Part shown: positions 39,051 through 50,771 of the stretch, one piece after another
How the letters are laid out: each line of letters opens with the position of its first letter
How positions within the stretch are numbered: the first letter of the stretch is position 1
Assembly: GCA_008632985.1 (NCBI GenBank)
Contig: QPGO01000251.1
Span: 1-64,000, forward strand
Length of the DNA: 64,000 nt
Origin: Psammoneis japonica
Taxonomy: Eukaryota
Reading direction: 5' to 3'
Position numbers and translations under genes: made by a program
Notes under the pieces: generated by a model
What the model saw: the letters and a program-made list of their open reading frames with translations, nothing else
What the model was told of the DNA's origin: nothing
Database searches by the model: none

Positions 39051-41019
39051 AGTCAATGTCTTGTCAGTGTGCCCATCCTCATGCATGGCAGTGTTTGTCT
39101 TCTTTTTCTTCTTTGTTGTGGGTTTCATTTTTGGCTCTTCCTCTTCCTCCTCCAGCACTTGTTTGCCTGTTTTTCCTTCTGAAAGTGAGTGGAGAGCACC
39201 AAGCATGCATCAGCTTGACAAGCTGCAAAACAGCACAAAGACAATCTCTTTCCTTGATGCACCACATCTGTTGGATTTGGCAACTGGCTTGTTGACCTCT
39301 TTGTCTTTATTGTCCTCATCTGTTAGTTCAATGCCAAGGACAAAAAGAGACAAAAGCATCAGTCTGGCACACCACAATGTGCAATGTTGTGGTGCACCAC
39401 ATTTGCTGGGTTCCTGTGAACAACAAGTGGGGCTGCCATTCATTGCCTTGTTTTTGGTGTTGGAGCTGCTGCTTGTTTGTCTGCAGAGCAGCACAATTTT
39501 GTTCTGAGCTTTTGCCTTGATTTGATTTGCTCAACAGCATTGAGCAATGTGGCCGTGCCATTTGCACTCACATTGTTTCATCATCATCAGCAAGCCCTGC
39601 ACATTTCTGCATGTTTCATTGGCATCAGTTGATTCATGCCATGCAACAACTCTTGCAAAATCCTTGTGTCCATTGAGACCAGATTTTGTGCTCTCCAATG
39701 AGCAATTTAAACACCACAAGCTCTGGCACCAAAACAAATTTCCTTTGCCCAGCCCACCAGCATGATGAGTGTTGATGTGCATTCAAACAATTTTTAAATT
39801 TTGCTGTGCAGCTCAACAAATTTGAGAAAGACTGAAAGAAGTTGGCAGAAGAGCTCACATTGTTTGCTGCCCAACTGCATGAGATGACACACAGAGGTGT
39901 GCCAGGAAAAACCTGGATTTGACCTTGTGGCACCCAACACATGCCCAGTGCTGGACTCAAGGTTCTTGCAGTCCACTTGTGCCAGCCCAACACATGCTGG
40001 GTCAGCACATGACACAGAGAGGGCACAACATGTCATCATTCCTTGCACATGAGTGTGCACACTCATTGTGCACATGAAAATGGCAACACCAGTGCACACA
40101 TGGTGGTTGAGATCTTGCACTTTTTTCTCTTGCCCCAGACTCCAAAAAAGAGCATCTGTCACCACTGCTGTGCGGAGCATGGAGCATTGTTGCCAAAGAG
40201 ACAAAGGGTGCCACACAAGGTGCAGCAAGGGGTTTGCATTGACTTGCACATTTGTGCAGCAGTGCTGTTCATCTCCTGCTGCAGAATTGCATTGCTCATC
40301 ACCAGCTCTGTTGCTGAAATGAGGAGTTTGCTTCTTGTCTCTGTTGTTTCTCTCATGACATTGCACCTTGCTGCCCCATTCTTGCGGGGCCTTGCTTGCC
40401 AAAGTTCTGGGGGAAGTTTCAGCTGAAGCACAGGTGTCATGTTGGACAAGCAAGGCACAGCCACCCATGATGCAGGGTTGTGCCTGCATCTTTGGTGATG
40501 ACCTGGCAGTTTGCAACAATGGGCTTGGCTGCAAGAAGTGCTCACCATTGAACACTGCTGAGAACCAAGATGCAGCAGCAGGTGTGACAAAACTGCCAGC
40601 ACTCCACCCTTTCCCCACATAACCTGCTGCCAAGTTGCAGTCACTGAAGGTCCTCCTGATGACCCACATCTCCAAAGAAGGAGACCAGAGTGGAGGTCAA
40701 ACCCAATGGGCTGAAAAAAAGCATCACAGCTGGCACAACAGCCAATGTGCACAAGACTCTGGCAGACTGGTGCCGTGCTTGTGACAAATTTTTGGGAACA
40801 CTTGTAGAACAAGACAGTGGCTGGCAAGGCTTTTTTGATGTTGTGTTTTTCAGCAGCAAGCATTTTGATGGGAAGTGCTGAAGAAGTGTGGCAAAAGTCA
40901 CTTGAAGCCATTGGCTGAAAAGCACAAACATGACACAAAATGAAAAGGAGTGTGGAAGAGAAACTGACCACACATCTTGATCTGTGTGCAAAGCTTCATT
41001 GTGGGAAAGGAAATGGCCT

Positions 41020-41470
41020 TGGAGCATCTTGGCTGTTGATGCCAGAGAAATGTTTGGAGTGTGTGAGGGAATTGTCAATGGTTTCAAGGCGTCTCCTGGT
41101 TGGGTTGTGAGCACCCTTGAGAGTCATGGCAAGATTGGTGCTGATTTTCATGGAAAACAGAGGAAGAGGCAGCTGAGGCAATGAGATGATGACAAGTGAA
41201 GCTTTGCCAGCTCATTGAGGGAAAGGGACATGCAGCCAGAAAGTGCAAATGCAGTGCAAATCAGACAAGACTGTTCCTGTCAGAAGCTCCCAAGCTGCTT
41301 GCATGTGGACAAAGCTGCAAAGAAAGACTTTGTCATTGTCAAGAAAATGAAGGACAAGACCCAAATCGTGATGCTCCTGGTTTGTACATCAGCTGCTGGC
41401 AGGAAAGTTCCTTTGGCACTCTGCAATTGGGAAAGCTGAGAAGCTGGTTTGCCTCTGTGTTTGAGCTCTG
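41020..41470 (+). mobile_element. pogo/Tigger-like (Tc1/mariner superfamily) transposase relic: end of CENP-B HTH and start of DDE_1 domain
   Basis: GFKASPGW...HG....FHG, then across frameshifts CSANQTRLF-CQKLPSCLHV...KMKDKTQI.MLLVCTSAAGRKVPLAL..GKAEKLVC. This follows the pogo pattern FKAS.GW / YN.D.TGLFY..LP.R.YV / K.R.T...C.NA.G.K.P...GK..KP.CF. Confidence 0.8.
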
Positions 41471-41559
41471 ACCGGCAAACCAGGCATGCTCGAAACTTGC
41501 CCCCACTCAAACCGCATTCTCAGAAGCAAAAGAGAAACATGTGGACATGTGACAGTGCT

Positions 41560-42006
41560 GGAGTTGCAGACCTCGACAGATTTGATAAAGAGACTGTGGA
41601 CTGTTTGTTCGAGTTGAGCTTGACCACGACTTTTGTGCTCAATTCACGAAATGATAAGAAGCTCGCCCGAATGGCACGCGCCTTCGTTGAGGGAGATGAG
41701 AATTTCTTGTTCAAAAATTCAGCGTCAAAAACCATCTTTGGGGCACTGGTGCGGACCTTCATCAATCCCGCTGGTTTGGCTTTAATCCAGCATGTAATGT
41801 TGTGTCACTATTCCGATACGTTGTCAGCGCAAGAAAAGGAAAAAAGTGCGCTCTGGGGTCAATGAGGAGATGGAGCATGTTCTGGGACTCATCAGCTGGC
41901 CACGATCCTACCTTAAACGAACTCGCAACCATAATGGAGGATACTCCGGGATGGCCGTGTCAGTGGTAGCATCAAGACAATGGTGATTGAGGATGATTTA
42001 GATTAA
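41560..42006 (+). pseudogene. Possible 3' remnant of an unknown gene abutting the transposon block
   Basis: Protein-like frame DLDRFDKETVDCLFEL...; after a frameshift it can run to ...MVIEDDLD*. No start or family recognised. Confidence 0.25.
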
Positions 42007-42159
42007 AAAGGCAGCATCCGATTTTGGCCTACTATAAAATGTGAAGAAGATAGGATGGAATTGAATATCGAATGACGCTCGTATGCATAATCGCATTCAA
42101 TCTAGAATCTTCTACCAGCATGTTATATCGCAGGACGGGAAATGACAAGACGAGATACA

Positions 42160-43178
42160 CTACATTCCCAGAGCCGGCGATCCTTGAAACCACTTGCGAA
42201 TCGTATATATCTGAAACCCAGTAACAGCCATGAAGAGCACGGTCTCCAACAACGACGTCAACACCATGCGAGAATGTGAGTGCTCATTTGTGGCCGCATG
42301 TACCGCTAGTCGATGTCGCTCGTTCAGTTGCCTAGACTGGATATCCGCCATCAGCTTACGAAGTCTTCCAAGCTGGTTTCGCGTCGTTTCAAAGTCTTCA
42401 TCCTGCACGCCTTCTTCTTGCGATGCCGTATCTTCCTCTAGCATCTTTTCTTCATCCATAACAACCCTCTGTTCATAAGATAACACATGACCCGTATCTC
42501 TGTCAATCCCCCCCAGGCTTTTCTCCGTCCGAAGTTCCATCTCTACTCCAATCTGAGAAAACGAAAGCCAGGAACTGATTACGACCACGAATCATCTGGT
42601 GCTGTACGCAGAGCTAAGAGTGGCAAACTTACCTGATACCACGTCCCGCGCACGCAGAGGCGATACCAACCGGAAGACTCTGCCCGAAGGGTCTTCTGAA
42701 ATGGTTCACCCTCGCTGAGAACATTCTTCTTGGGTCCCTTCTGGTGCTTAACAGGCCTTTCGTGTGGTCGACGCTCAGTCATTCTACGTCTGGCTTCCGC
42801 TTTTTCATCCTCGTATTCATCATCAACAAAATCTTCGAAATCGTCGTCGTCATCATCATCCCATTCTTCGTTTAAGCTCTCGTAATCAATAACCTCGGTG
42901 AAAGAAATGAACTTTCCATAGTGGTCGTCGTTCCGAAATTTTTCGATAGCTCGATCGAGCTCATACCCGGTGTTGGCGTCAAGGGGAGCCACGGGGCCCT
43001 CCATGATTGCCGTCGCCTTGAGTTCCGATCCAGACAGCACGAAAACACTCATTGTCAGAAACTCGCCTTTCTCAACTTTTTCGTACAAGCATTCTGTCGA
43101 CCTCTGATTGACTACCAGCTGGAGAGGCAACCCAGAGGCCAGGGGCATCAACAGGCACAGTACAGCGAGCGGCGTCAT
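42160..43178 (-). CDS. p24/emp24 (GOLD domain) cargo receptor; intron 42553-42632
   Basis: Signal peptide, ECLYE, GWYRLC, coiled coil, TNE...R, TM helix and short tail QIYTIRKWF. Confidence 0.9.
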
Positions 43179-43374
43179 GGTGTCGGGTTGCGGGTAGCGG
43201 CGAAATGACTTGCCAAAGCGACCCCGAAGGGTCAGGCACCCAAAAATGCGCGTGAAGCGCGCGAAGAACGCGGGAACAGTACGCCAGAGTGGTGTTTTCG
43301 ACATTTCAGCCAGAGCTGGCTCAGATAGATGAACGGAGAGACACACTGTGGTGCATCCACTTTCGGATTTAGAC

Positions 43375-44880
43375 ATTGTGTGGTGTGTTGAACATCAAAG
43401 AGAATCCCATTTTCCACATCCATTTGCTGCACTTAAGTCCTGTCCACTGGCACAAGAACCAAAGCAACCAGCAAGAGCCAGCACATTTCCACACCCCCTT
43501 GATGAGTGGCTTTCTTGGTTTCCTTGCTCTGTCCTTCTCCTGTCTGTCAGTTTGGCACCTCTCTCAACACCAAACACCTGAAGCTCCATTGTCATCTTCT
43601 GATGCTTCCATTGAGTGCAAGAATGTTGAGAAAAAACAGCCTTCTTGTTGGCAAATGTGGTTGAGAAAATTGGCCTCAGCTTTGGGTGACAAAAGTGCAA
43701 ATCCACGCAAATTTTTCAGAAAGGTGTTCTCCTTCGGTGCTGTTGGTGGTCATCCTCAGACAAAAGGACAGTGACTCACCATGCTTGCCACACTTCTTGA
43801 TTGCTTCAAACAGCGCCTGCAAAGTGTTTGCAGACCAGCAGCTCTGCCACACAACCCAGCTGTCAGCAATGTGCTCACTCTTGCTGCAGTTTTTGATGGC
43901 ACAAGGTGAGTGAACAGAAACTGCAGAGTTTTGAGTCTCTCTCTTGCAAAATCACCACCCACTTCACTTGCTCTTTTTTCTCAACACTGCTGTCAAATTG
44001 AAGCTTTGCTGCATGAAGCGATCTTGCCAAATCGCTGTTCCTCCAAACTCACTTTCTCTTCTTCTGCACTCCACCCCGCACTTCATTCATTCTTTTTGCA
44101 AGATCAGCTTTTGTCCCAGCTCAAACTCAACACCTTTTGACCTTGGTCGGAGCTTGACCTTTGTTGCTCTCAGTGTGCTCCCAGAGAGTCTGCAGCTTTC
44201 AACAAAGTGTGCCAGCAGCAGAGCAAAACCTTTGTTGCTGCTGGCAAACTCATGTCATGAAAGAGGGCTGCAAGCAAGGTGTGTGTCTTGTGAGCATGCT
44301 TCACTGCGGCTTTTCTGGCTTGATTTGGTGCTGCAACAGCCACAGCAAAAAAGCCAGACAAACCAAAATTGCAGACAGCAGCAATTGTGTGCCATTGCTT
44401 TGACATCATGTTGCTCTGTTGTGTGCAAGACTTTCAAGGGTGGGTCAGTGGGAAGAGAGGTCATTTTTTAACAGCAAACATTTTTTGCCATTGCCCAACA
44501 TTTTGCCCTGTGTGCTGTGGTTTTGAGATGACTCAGAGGATGCCCAGAGAGCACCCAAAACACTTGTGAGCATTTCTCTGCTGCATGTCAGAGCTGTCAG
44601 ACATGCACAAAAGGTGTGCATGCTGTCAATCTTAAAACGTCAATTGCTGCTGGCTTCTGGTGACCAAGAGGTGTGCACCTCAAAAGCAGCCGCGTGTTGC
44701 CAGAGCCGCACTTCTCATGGTGCGTCATTGTTCCAGCACTTTCTGGGAAATGCTGGCAATCAATTGGTGTTCGTTGACCGGTCATGTACATGTTGTCTCC
44801 AGTCACTGAGCCAAGACCCCGCATTGGTCTTCATTCAAAACGCATTCTGTGTTTTTTCGTGTGGAAGGACACATGAAACC
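43375..44880. mobile_element. Block C: decayed repeat DNA, TpA- and CpG-depleted
   Basis: Only a handful of TpA in 1.5 kb; same composition as blocks A and B; family not recognised. Confidence 0.65.
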
Positions 44881-45132
44881 CGGATGTTACGCACAACATG
44901 CGTGATGGACTGACAAGGCCTACCGGTACCATCTTTCTGCATGTTTGCACCCAGGGCCTGGCTCGGATTACAATCGTCGCGATTGAGGCTACCCAAGTCC
45001 CTCTCTCGGTTAAGGTCAGAATATATTTTGTATTTTAGAAGAAGTAGTTACAACTGCAACGAATAGTGTCTGTCTCGATCGTCCTTGATCTCGCAGCGTC
45101 TGCAAACCGAATGAGTTGCACCCCACCCAATT

Positions 45133-45936
45133 TCACCAGGAATCGTCATCACTACTGTCTTCCTCCATGATTCCATTCATACCTAGGCGAAATGTTGCAT
45201 GGCTATGAAGACCGAGCTTGTTTGTCATTCGAGACGAAAGCATGGAGGTTCCATGTGCCCGAGGGAACCACTGACGCGCATACCTCGGTCTGGACCAATG
45301 GCTTTTGCAAAATTCGTTGCAAGTGTGGTTGCTGAAAAAGGAATCAATTCCTTTTTCTCCCAAGTCTGTAGGACCGTATTGCCGCGTTCGAGAACAGATG
45401 GCTGGATCGGACAGCTCAAAGCGGCTCTTTGACCTTGCGTACCGGTTGTAGCGGTATCGGCCTTGCAGGTCACAGACAAGAAGACTCCCACCCGAGGCGT
45501 GGTAGGTGAAATGACTGAATGCCTCCATTTCAAGTACATTTGGTTCCGCATTCTCATCAGCGATCCATCCACTGTTGGAAGTATACTTTGTATAATACCG
45601 AATCAAGGGTTCCACCAAATAGGAAATCCCAGAGTTGGACTGCTGAATGTGGCCGCGAGACACCAAAATTTCCAGTCCAGCCGGGCAGAATTCATTCCAC
45701 TGTTCAGCAAATTGGATAGTCTTGTCAGCGATACGAAAGTCTGACGCAAAGTACTCTTGTTCCATTTGACGAAAGTGAGGTTTGAAGCGTTTGCAAGCGG
45801 CGGCTTGTTGATTGCGATTGCCTCCGATGTACGTGCCCTCCAAACACACGCGAAAAGTCCCTTCTCCAAGTTTATTGTTTGATATCCTTACATCGTAAGA
45901 GGTCAAGTTGGTCCGAGCAGCAGACGAATTAGACAT
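45133..45936 (-). CDS. Stand-alone alpha-kinase (eEF2K/MHCK family)
   Basis: LGEGTFR, YLVEP, KYTSNSGW, AFSHFTY, LVCDLQG, LSDPAI, GPTDLGEKGI..FF.NHTCNEFC. Confidence 0.93.
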   Translation of the reverse strand: MSNSSAARTNLTSYDVRISNNKLGEGTFRVCLEGTYIGGNRNQQAAACKRFKPHFRQMEQEYFASDFRIADKTIQFAEQWNEFCPAGLEILVSRGHIQQSNSGISYLVEPLIRYYTKYTSNSGWIADENAEPNVLEMEAFSHFTYHASGGSLLVCDLQGRYRYNRYARSKSRFELSDPAICSRTRQYGPTDLGEKGIDSFFSNHTCNEFCKSHWSRPRYARQWFPRAHGTSMLSSRMTNKLGLHSHATFRLGMNGIMEEDSSDDDSW

Positions 45937-46267
45937 GGCGGTGGATTACATTACCGGTAAGGTTACGGGTAGTGGGCGGGGCATTGTCAAAATGCGTGAT
46001 GTGTGATGTTGTATGGAGATACCTCTAGCTAGCTTGAAGGTACTGTATCATACCGGTAGGTGAGAGCCCCCCGCCCGCCGCGCCCGCCCCCGCCCCCCCG
46101 CCGCGCCCCGAGTATGAATACACAGACGCTTCAAGTTGCCAACGTGGAACCACGTCACCAGTTCGTCGCACCTCTATCCCACTCACTTACTTTTTGGCGG
46201 GCTTTTCCCATTCTTGGTAGGTCCACAAAAAAAGGAAGTTGTGCGGAAAGCAAATCCAAACAATCCG

Positions 46268-47213
46268 ATGCGGTGTGTGTCGTTGTTATTAGCTCTACAT
46301 GCCAGTCATGCGTTCGTCTACCCGAGTATGAAAACTCCCTCCTCTCTCCGAGCTAGAAGCAGAAACGCCGAGTTGAAGATTGCGAATTTCGACCAAGAAG
46401 GCATCTTGACTCTGGGGGAGGAACTGGATGCCCTGTCTCGACGTAAATTGCTTGGAAGTGTAGCTGCTGCATCGTTCTCCTTCTTGGTACCTCAACTTGC
46501 TAATGCAGAGAGCATCAAGTTGGAGCCACTGGATGTCAGCAAGTATGGCTTTCAAATTATGGTGCCAAATAGCTGGGAGAAAAGTGAGCAGACGCTTCAA
46601 GATCGAAGAAAGATAACCCTTTTCATTGACCCCGCCAGTGACAGAAAGACTCTCATGTTTCTGGCTTTCACTCCTATTAGAGATGACTTTACTCAGCTTT
46701 CATCTTTTGGAAATGTTGAACAAGTGGTATGTACAGAATGGATGGCATTGCGATGCGAATTACATGTTGTGACCCCTCATGCCGATCTCTTCTGCGCTTT
46801 TGCGTTTCGAAACCCGTACCGGTATGGCCGGTAGGCACAAACTACCATTCTTCCTAAAGGTGAAATTGCCGGGGAAGAGACTGCCAGCCGTATGATAAAA
46901 TCGGAGAGTAAGAAAAACGCCTACTTCTTTGACTACGTTGCGGACGTTCCAGGTCAACCCGAGGTGCGTATTCAAACCGCTGACACGATAATAAATTGAG
47001 GATTCTTTGATAATCGCCCCCTTTACAACTAACGTGCCCTTGTATCAACAATCTTAGACGCACTACCGTACGATCTTTGCTATCGCCCCAAATGATGGAG
47101 CCGCGGGTTCCACGCTGGTAACTATTACGGTGCAGACACCAGAAGATGGATACAGCGAATTGAAGGGAACTTTTGATGACATCATTTCCTCTTACGGCAC
47201 AAGTGGCAAGTAA
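46268..47213 (+). CDS. PsbP-domain thylakoid lumen protein; introns 46727-46834 and 46964-47057
   Basis: Signal peptide ending SHA-F, twin-Arg SRRKLL, ANA cleavage site, YGFQIMVPNSW, DFTQLSSFG; spliced frame is open to TAA at 47213. Confidence 0.85.
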
Positions 47214-47320
47214 GGCGTCGGTTTGCAGTGACTAAAACGAATGGTGTTTCAGCGCCAAATGAACTCCTTCTTAGCTAGAGGAACTAACTCGGTGAAACGA
47301 GCAGCTATTTTAAAAACGGA

Positions 47321-50300
47321 TCAACCAGATGACAGTTCTGCAAGCTCTTTCGCATCCATATCCACCTCAGTGACGTTGCCGCCACCTTCCTCCTTGCCCC
47401 CTACCGGTACAACAAATGACGGTGACACCAACTGGAAATACCTCACAAAACAAGGGTTTTCCAATAGATCTGGACTAAGCGACGCATCTGCATCTGTCGC
47501 AAACGTTTGGAAAAATTTCTGGACTTCGTCTCCGTCGACCGTGCATGGAAATCTGCACCAAAGACCACTTGTATCGTCTTCTTTCGGAACGCGGACGTTC
47601 GGATCGTCCTTTGTTTTTTGGAGCGCTTCCACAACTTTATGAGTAAAAGTGTGAACCAGAATTTCATTCCCTCCGACCAACACCCGAATGATCGCTTTGA
47701 AAGCAGAGTTCACAATCATATCAATTTTAATGCCAGGACAAGACTGGAGTATCTCCTCCACCACAGTTGTCGCATACGTCAAATCGAAAGAATTACCTTT
47801 GCATGACTCCACATGTTTTCGGATAGACTCGGCGGTCGACGAGTTCTCAAATGAAATGGACCCAGCAGCGCGGAGCTCAATCGGAACCATGCGACAGCGC
47901 TGGCACGTGAAGCAACCTGAAGCACTCCTCATGAAACCAAATCTGGCGAGAGTTGTGGCATCTACTGTGTCAGCCTTATTAGATGACAGCGGCGTCTCAT
48001 GTGGGTCACTGACGTCAATATCCTCCACCTCGACGTTGGATAATCTCGAGAACAGTAGATTGAAAAAACGACGTTGCGAGCCAAAACGTAGGTGGGAGAG
48101 CTGCACAGAATGAATTTTCTTGAGGTTATCGAGAGCCCGCTTCATGTCATCGGGCACAAAGCGACACTTCTGCATATGTTGATGCAGTGAAGTATTTAGC
48201 GACGACGCTAGATTATCCGGCTGGGATGGAAAGGAACGACCTGAAGCACCAGGGAGCTGCTGTTGATCCATGCAATACTTGCAGCACAAACCTGCTTGAC
48301 CGCTTTGTAGCACCGTGCTTCTCCTTCCTCTGCAGAAATCATCTCTTTTTGGATGCGCTACTCTTAACTGCTTCATTATGAGAAAGACGAAGTCGGTGAC
48401 CAGGTTTCTGTCACTTGCAAGAAAAAGTACATCGCTATCACCGTCGTTCTCTCGCTCTTCTTTCGCAGCGTTGAGGACGCGTTGTGTTCCTTCATCATTG
48501 CAAATAGGAAACGACTCAGGGCGGGATACGGCGCAGTTCTTATCTTTCAAATGTGCTGCAGACGTAATGATATCGGGCGCTCCAGAATTATTCGAGGGCT
48601 GATATTGCGTGCTGTTCAAATCCGACGAATTTCCATTGGTTGATGCACTTTCCGTCGAAGCCGGATCGATCTTTCCTACGCCGCCTGCTTCCATCTCCGC
48701 TTCTGTGCGATCAGCTGCCCTGAGACGACACCAAATGAGTTGAAATAACTTTCTCTGGGAGCCGTGAGGCATTTGACTCAGCTGACGAGAATGAAGCCGC
48801 TTGTAGACCGCGAGAGCTTTCTTCATGCGATCTGGAACCAAAAAGCACTTCTGAAGATGAGTGTAGAAGGAGCTGGATATTGCAGATGCGAGGTTGTCGG
48901 GAGCCGATGCGAAAGAACGACAAGAGAAGTCAATGTTATGAACAAAGCCGGTACTTTCAATATGTGAACAGTGGCGGCAACAGAATCCTGCAAACCCGAG
49001 TCTCATCATTTTCGTTTTCTTCCCCCTTGTCCGAAAGTCGGCCTCTGTAGCATTGCAGATGGCCATTTGGTTGATGCATAAGAAAATAAAGTCAGAAACC
49101 AAGGCTCGATCACCTGGTTTTGCCAGTTCCTTCTTGTCACTGTCTGTCTCCGTCACCGCCTCGGCTAGAACGACCTCCGAGTCCTGGTCAACGTTGATTC
49201 CCGAGGCACTCGAAGCAGCAAATGCCGACTTGACAGGAGTAGGGCTCGCTGCTTTTCTAGTTGCTGCACGTTTCTCCTCCACATGAGCTCTCACAGCTCC
49301 CATGGATAGCGGTTCCAATTTGAGATCTCGACTGAAACGTATTCCTCCCTTCGAGTCGATCAACCCCAGCCGCTTCGCTGCAACTTCATAGTACATGACC
49401 GCACTGATGGGTTCACCGTCAGGTCCGTCGCCTTTCCGTTGTCGCTTGCTGTTTCCGTTGAGAGTAGAACTGACTCTAGCTAAGTCCGTCTTGGCAGCCA
49501 GTGAAAGATTGGGACAATTTTCAAAGTGAAGTGCCGGCTTTTGTGAAATGAGAGAATACAACGCAGCGATATCTCTTGGATAGGATATCGAACCTGCTGG
49601 CCACGGCTTTGGTTGTTGTGAAAGAGCACGAGAATCTGAGCCCTGTTTCATTGCCATTGCAGCTTTTGCGCAGTGGATGCAACGAACGCCCACTTTACCA
49701 AGAACTACAGGGGTCCTTCGACCAGCTTGACTCATGGTCACGTCCTCCATTGTCGCGCTGAAGAACTCAAGATTTGATCGAATGACGTAGTGGAACTCGT
49801 TCAGGTATCGCTTTTCGTCCGGCAAAACCACAGGACAGACGCCTTCATACCAACCTTCAAGGGCAATCGGGTTTGGTGTGGATTGTTTCGAAAGAGGCGC
49901 GTTCACATTGCTACTTGCCGCACCGGGCTTTTTCAATTCCAAGTACTCGTCGACGTCGATAACGATCTGGACCGGCTCGTTTGTTTTGATTTTGCTATTT
50001 GAATCATCCTCAGGAGAAATGAGAGCTACAAAAGACGGAATCACACCGGGTCGGAGCAATCTATTGACTCGGCTCTTTCGTTTCTCTCTTTCTTTCTGCT
50101 CGCCATCCATGTCTGGCGCGGTTCGCCCAACGGGAGCCTTCGGCTCTTTTTGCGTTTCATCGCAGTCGAAAGGACGGTGAGTGTCAGTTGTGTTTTCAGA
50201 TAATTTCATGAGATTCTCATTATCAAGCATATCTATGCTTTCCTGCAGGGCCAACTCTCCGTTCCGCTCGTAAGTGTTATGGATATTGGTATGCGTAAAA

Positions 50301-50617
50301 CCACCACCGGTTTCTGACATGTTGTTGTTCTTGTTTGCGGGTTGAATGCATTGATCATTCAAGCTATTCTTTTCATGCCTGGTTATTGCATTTATTGCTG
50401 GCTTCACTCCCAAAACTACAACTTCATCGTCGCTGTCGTCAGGACTGGCAGTTGCATCGGAAGGGTTGAGATTGGCAACATGATTGACGCTCTCTAATAA
50501 TTGTGAATCGTCACCATTGAAACCCAACAGCTCAGGAAATGGTTTCTCGCCTTCTTCCAAAGTAGAACTGTCGTTTTCCAACGCATCGTGAATAGTACTT
50601 TCGTTAAAGGACGCCAT
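47321..50617 (-). CDS. Uncharacterised ~1100-aa protein with three repeated G.C.HC...H...C putative zinc-binding modules
   Basis: Long single ORF with VGVRCIHC..HFENC, AGFCCRHC..HLQKC, AGLCCKYC..HMQKC and a fourth CQRC..HVESC. First ATG at 50617. Confidence 0.85.
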   Translation of the reverse strand: MASFNESTIHDALENDSSTLEEGEKPFPELLGFNGDDSQLLESVNHVANLNPSDATASPDDSDDEVVVLGVKPAINAITRHEKNSLNDQCIQPANKNNNMSETGGGFTHTNIHNTYERNGELALQESIDMLDNENLMKLSENTTDTHRPFDCDETQKEPKAPVGRTAPDMDGEQKEREKRKSRVNRLLRPGVIPSFVALISPEDDSNSKIKTNEPVQIVIDVDEYLELKKPGAASSNVNAPLSKQSTPNPIALEGWYEGVCPVVLPDEKRYLNEFHYVIRSNLEFFSATMEDVTMSQAGRRTPVVLGKVGVRCIHCAKAAMAMKQGSDSRALSQQPKPWPAGSISYPRDIAALYSLISQKPALHFENCPNLSLAAKTDLARVSSTLNGNSKRQRKGDGPDGEPISAVMYYEVAAKRLGLIDSKGGIRFSRDLKLEPLSMGAVRAHVEEKRAATRKAASPTPVKSAFAASSASGINVDQDSEVVLAEAVTETDSDKKELAKPGDRALVSDFIFLCINQMAICNATEADFRTRGKKTKMMRLGFAGFCCRHCSHIESTGFVHNIDFSCRSFASAPDNLASAISSSFYTHLQKCFLVPDRMKKALAVYKRLHSRQLSQMPHGSQRKLFQLIWCRLRAADRTEAEMEAGGVGKIDPASTESASTNGNSSDLNSTQYQPSNNSGAPDIITSAAHLKDKNCAVSRPESFPICNDEGTQRVLNAAKEERENDGDSDVLFLASDRNLVTDFVFLIMKQLRVAHPKRDDFCRGRRSTVLQSGQAGLCCKYCMDQQQLPGASGRSFPSQPDNLASSLNTSLHQHMQKCRFVPDDMKRALDNLKKIHSVQLSHLRFGSQRRFFNLLFSRLSNVEVEDIDVSDPHETPLSSNKADTVDATTLARFGFMRSASGCFTCQRCRMVPIELRAAGSISFENSSTAESIRKHVESCKGNSFDLTYATTVVEEILQSCPGIKIDMIVNSAFKAIIRVLVGGNEILVHTFTHKVVEALQKTKDDPNVRVPKEDDTSGLWCRFPCTVDGDEVQKFFQTFATDADASLSPDLLENPCFVRYFQLVSPSFVVPVGGKEEGGGNVTEVDMDAKELAELSSG

Positions 50618-50771
50618 TGTCGATGATTGTGACAAAACCGCGTTGGTGATTGGTGATGTGAATGTGACGCGTTCGGGTCTGTCAGTCGTCAGCCGCCCCC
50701 CCCAATGCTGTAAGTCTGTCTCGTGTTGTCATTTTTTATTTTTTTTTGTTTTATATCAACGCCATTGCTTA

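Larger units (their letters stand above)
35275..41580. mobile_element. Block B: decayed repeat/transposon DNA, TpA- and CpG-depleted
   Basis: TpA is almost absent over ~6.3 kb. Contains a minisatellite, a tandem duplication and a pogo transposase relic. Confidence 0.8.

Noticed and set aside
35275..41580. CpG methylation decay as the sole explanation of the TG/CA-rich blocks
   Set aside because: CpG decay explains CG loss but cannot remove TpA, and repeat copy 2 lost TpA while keeping CpG.
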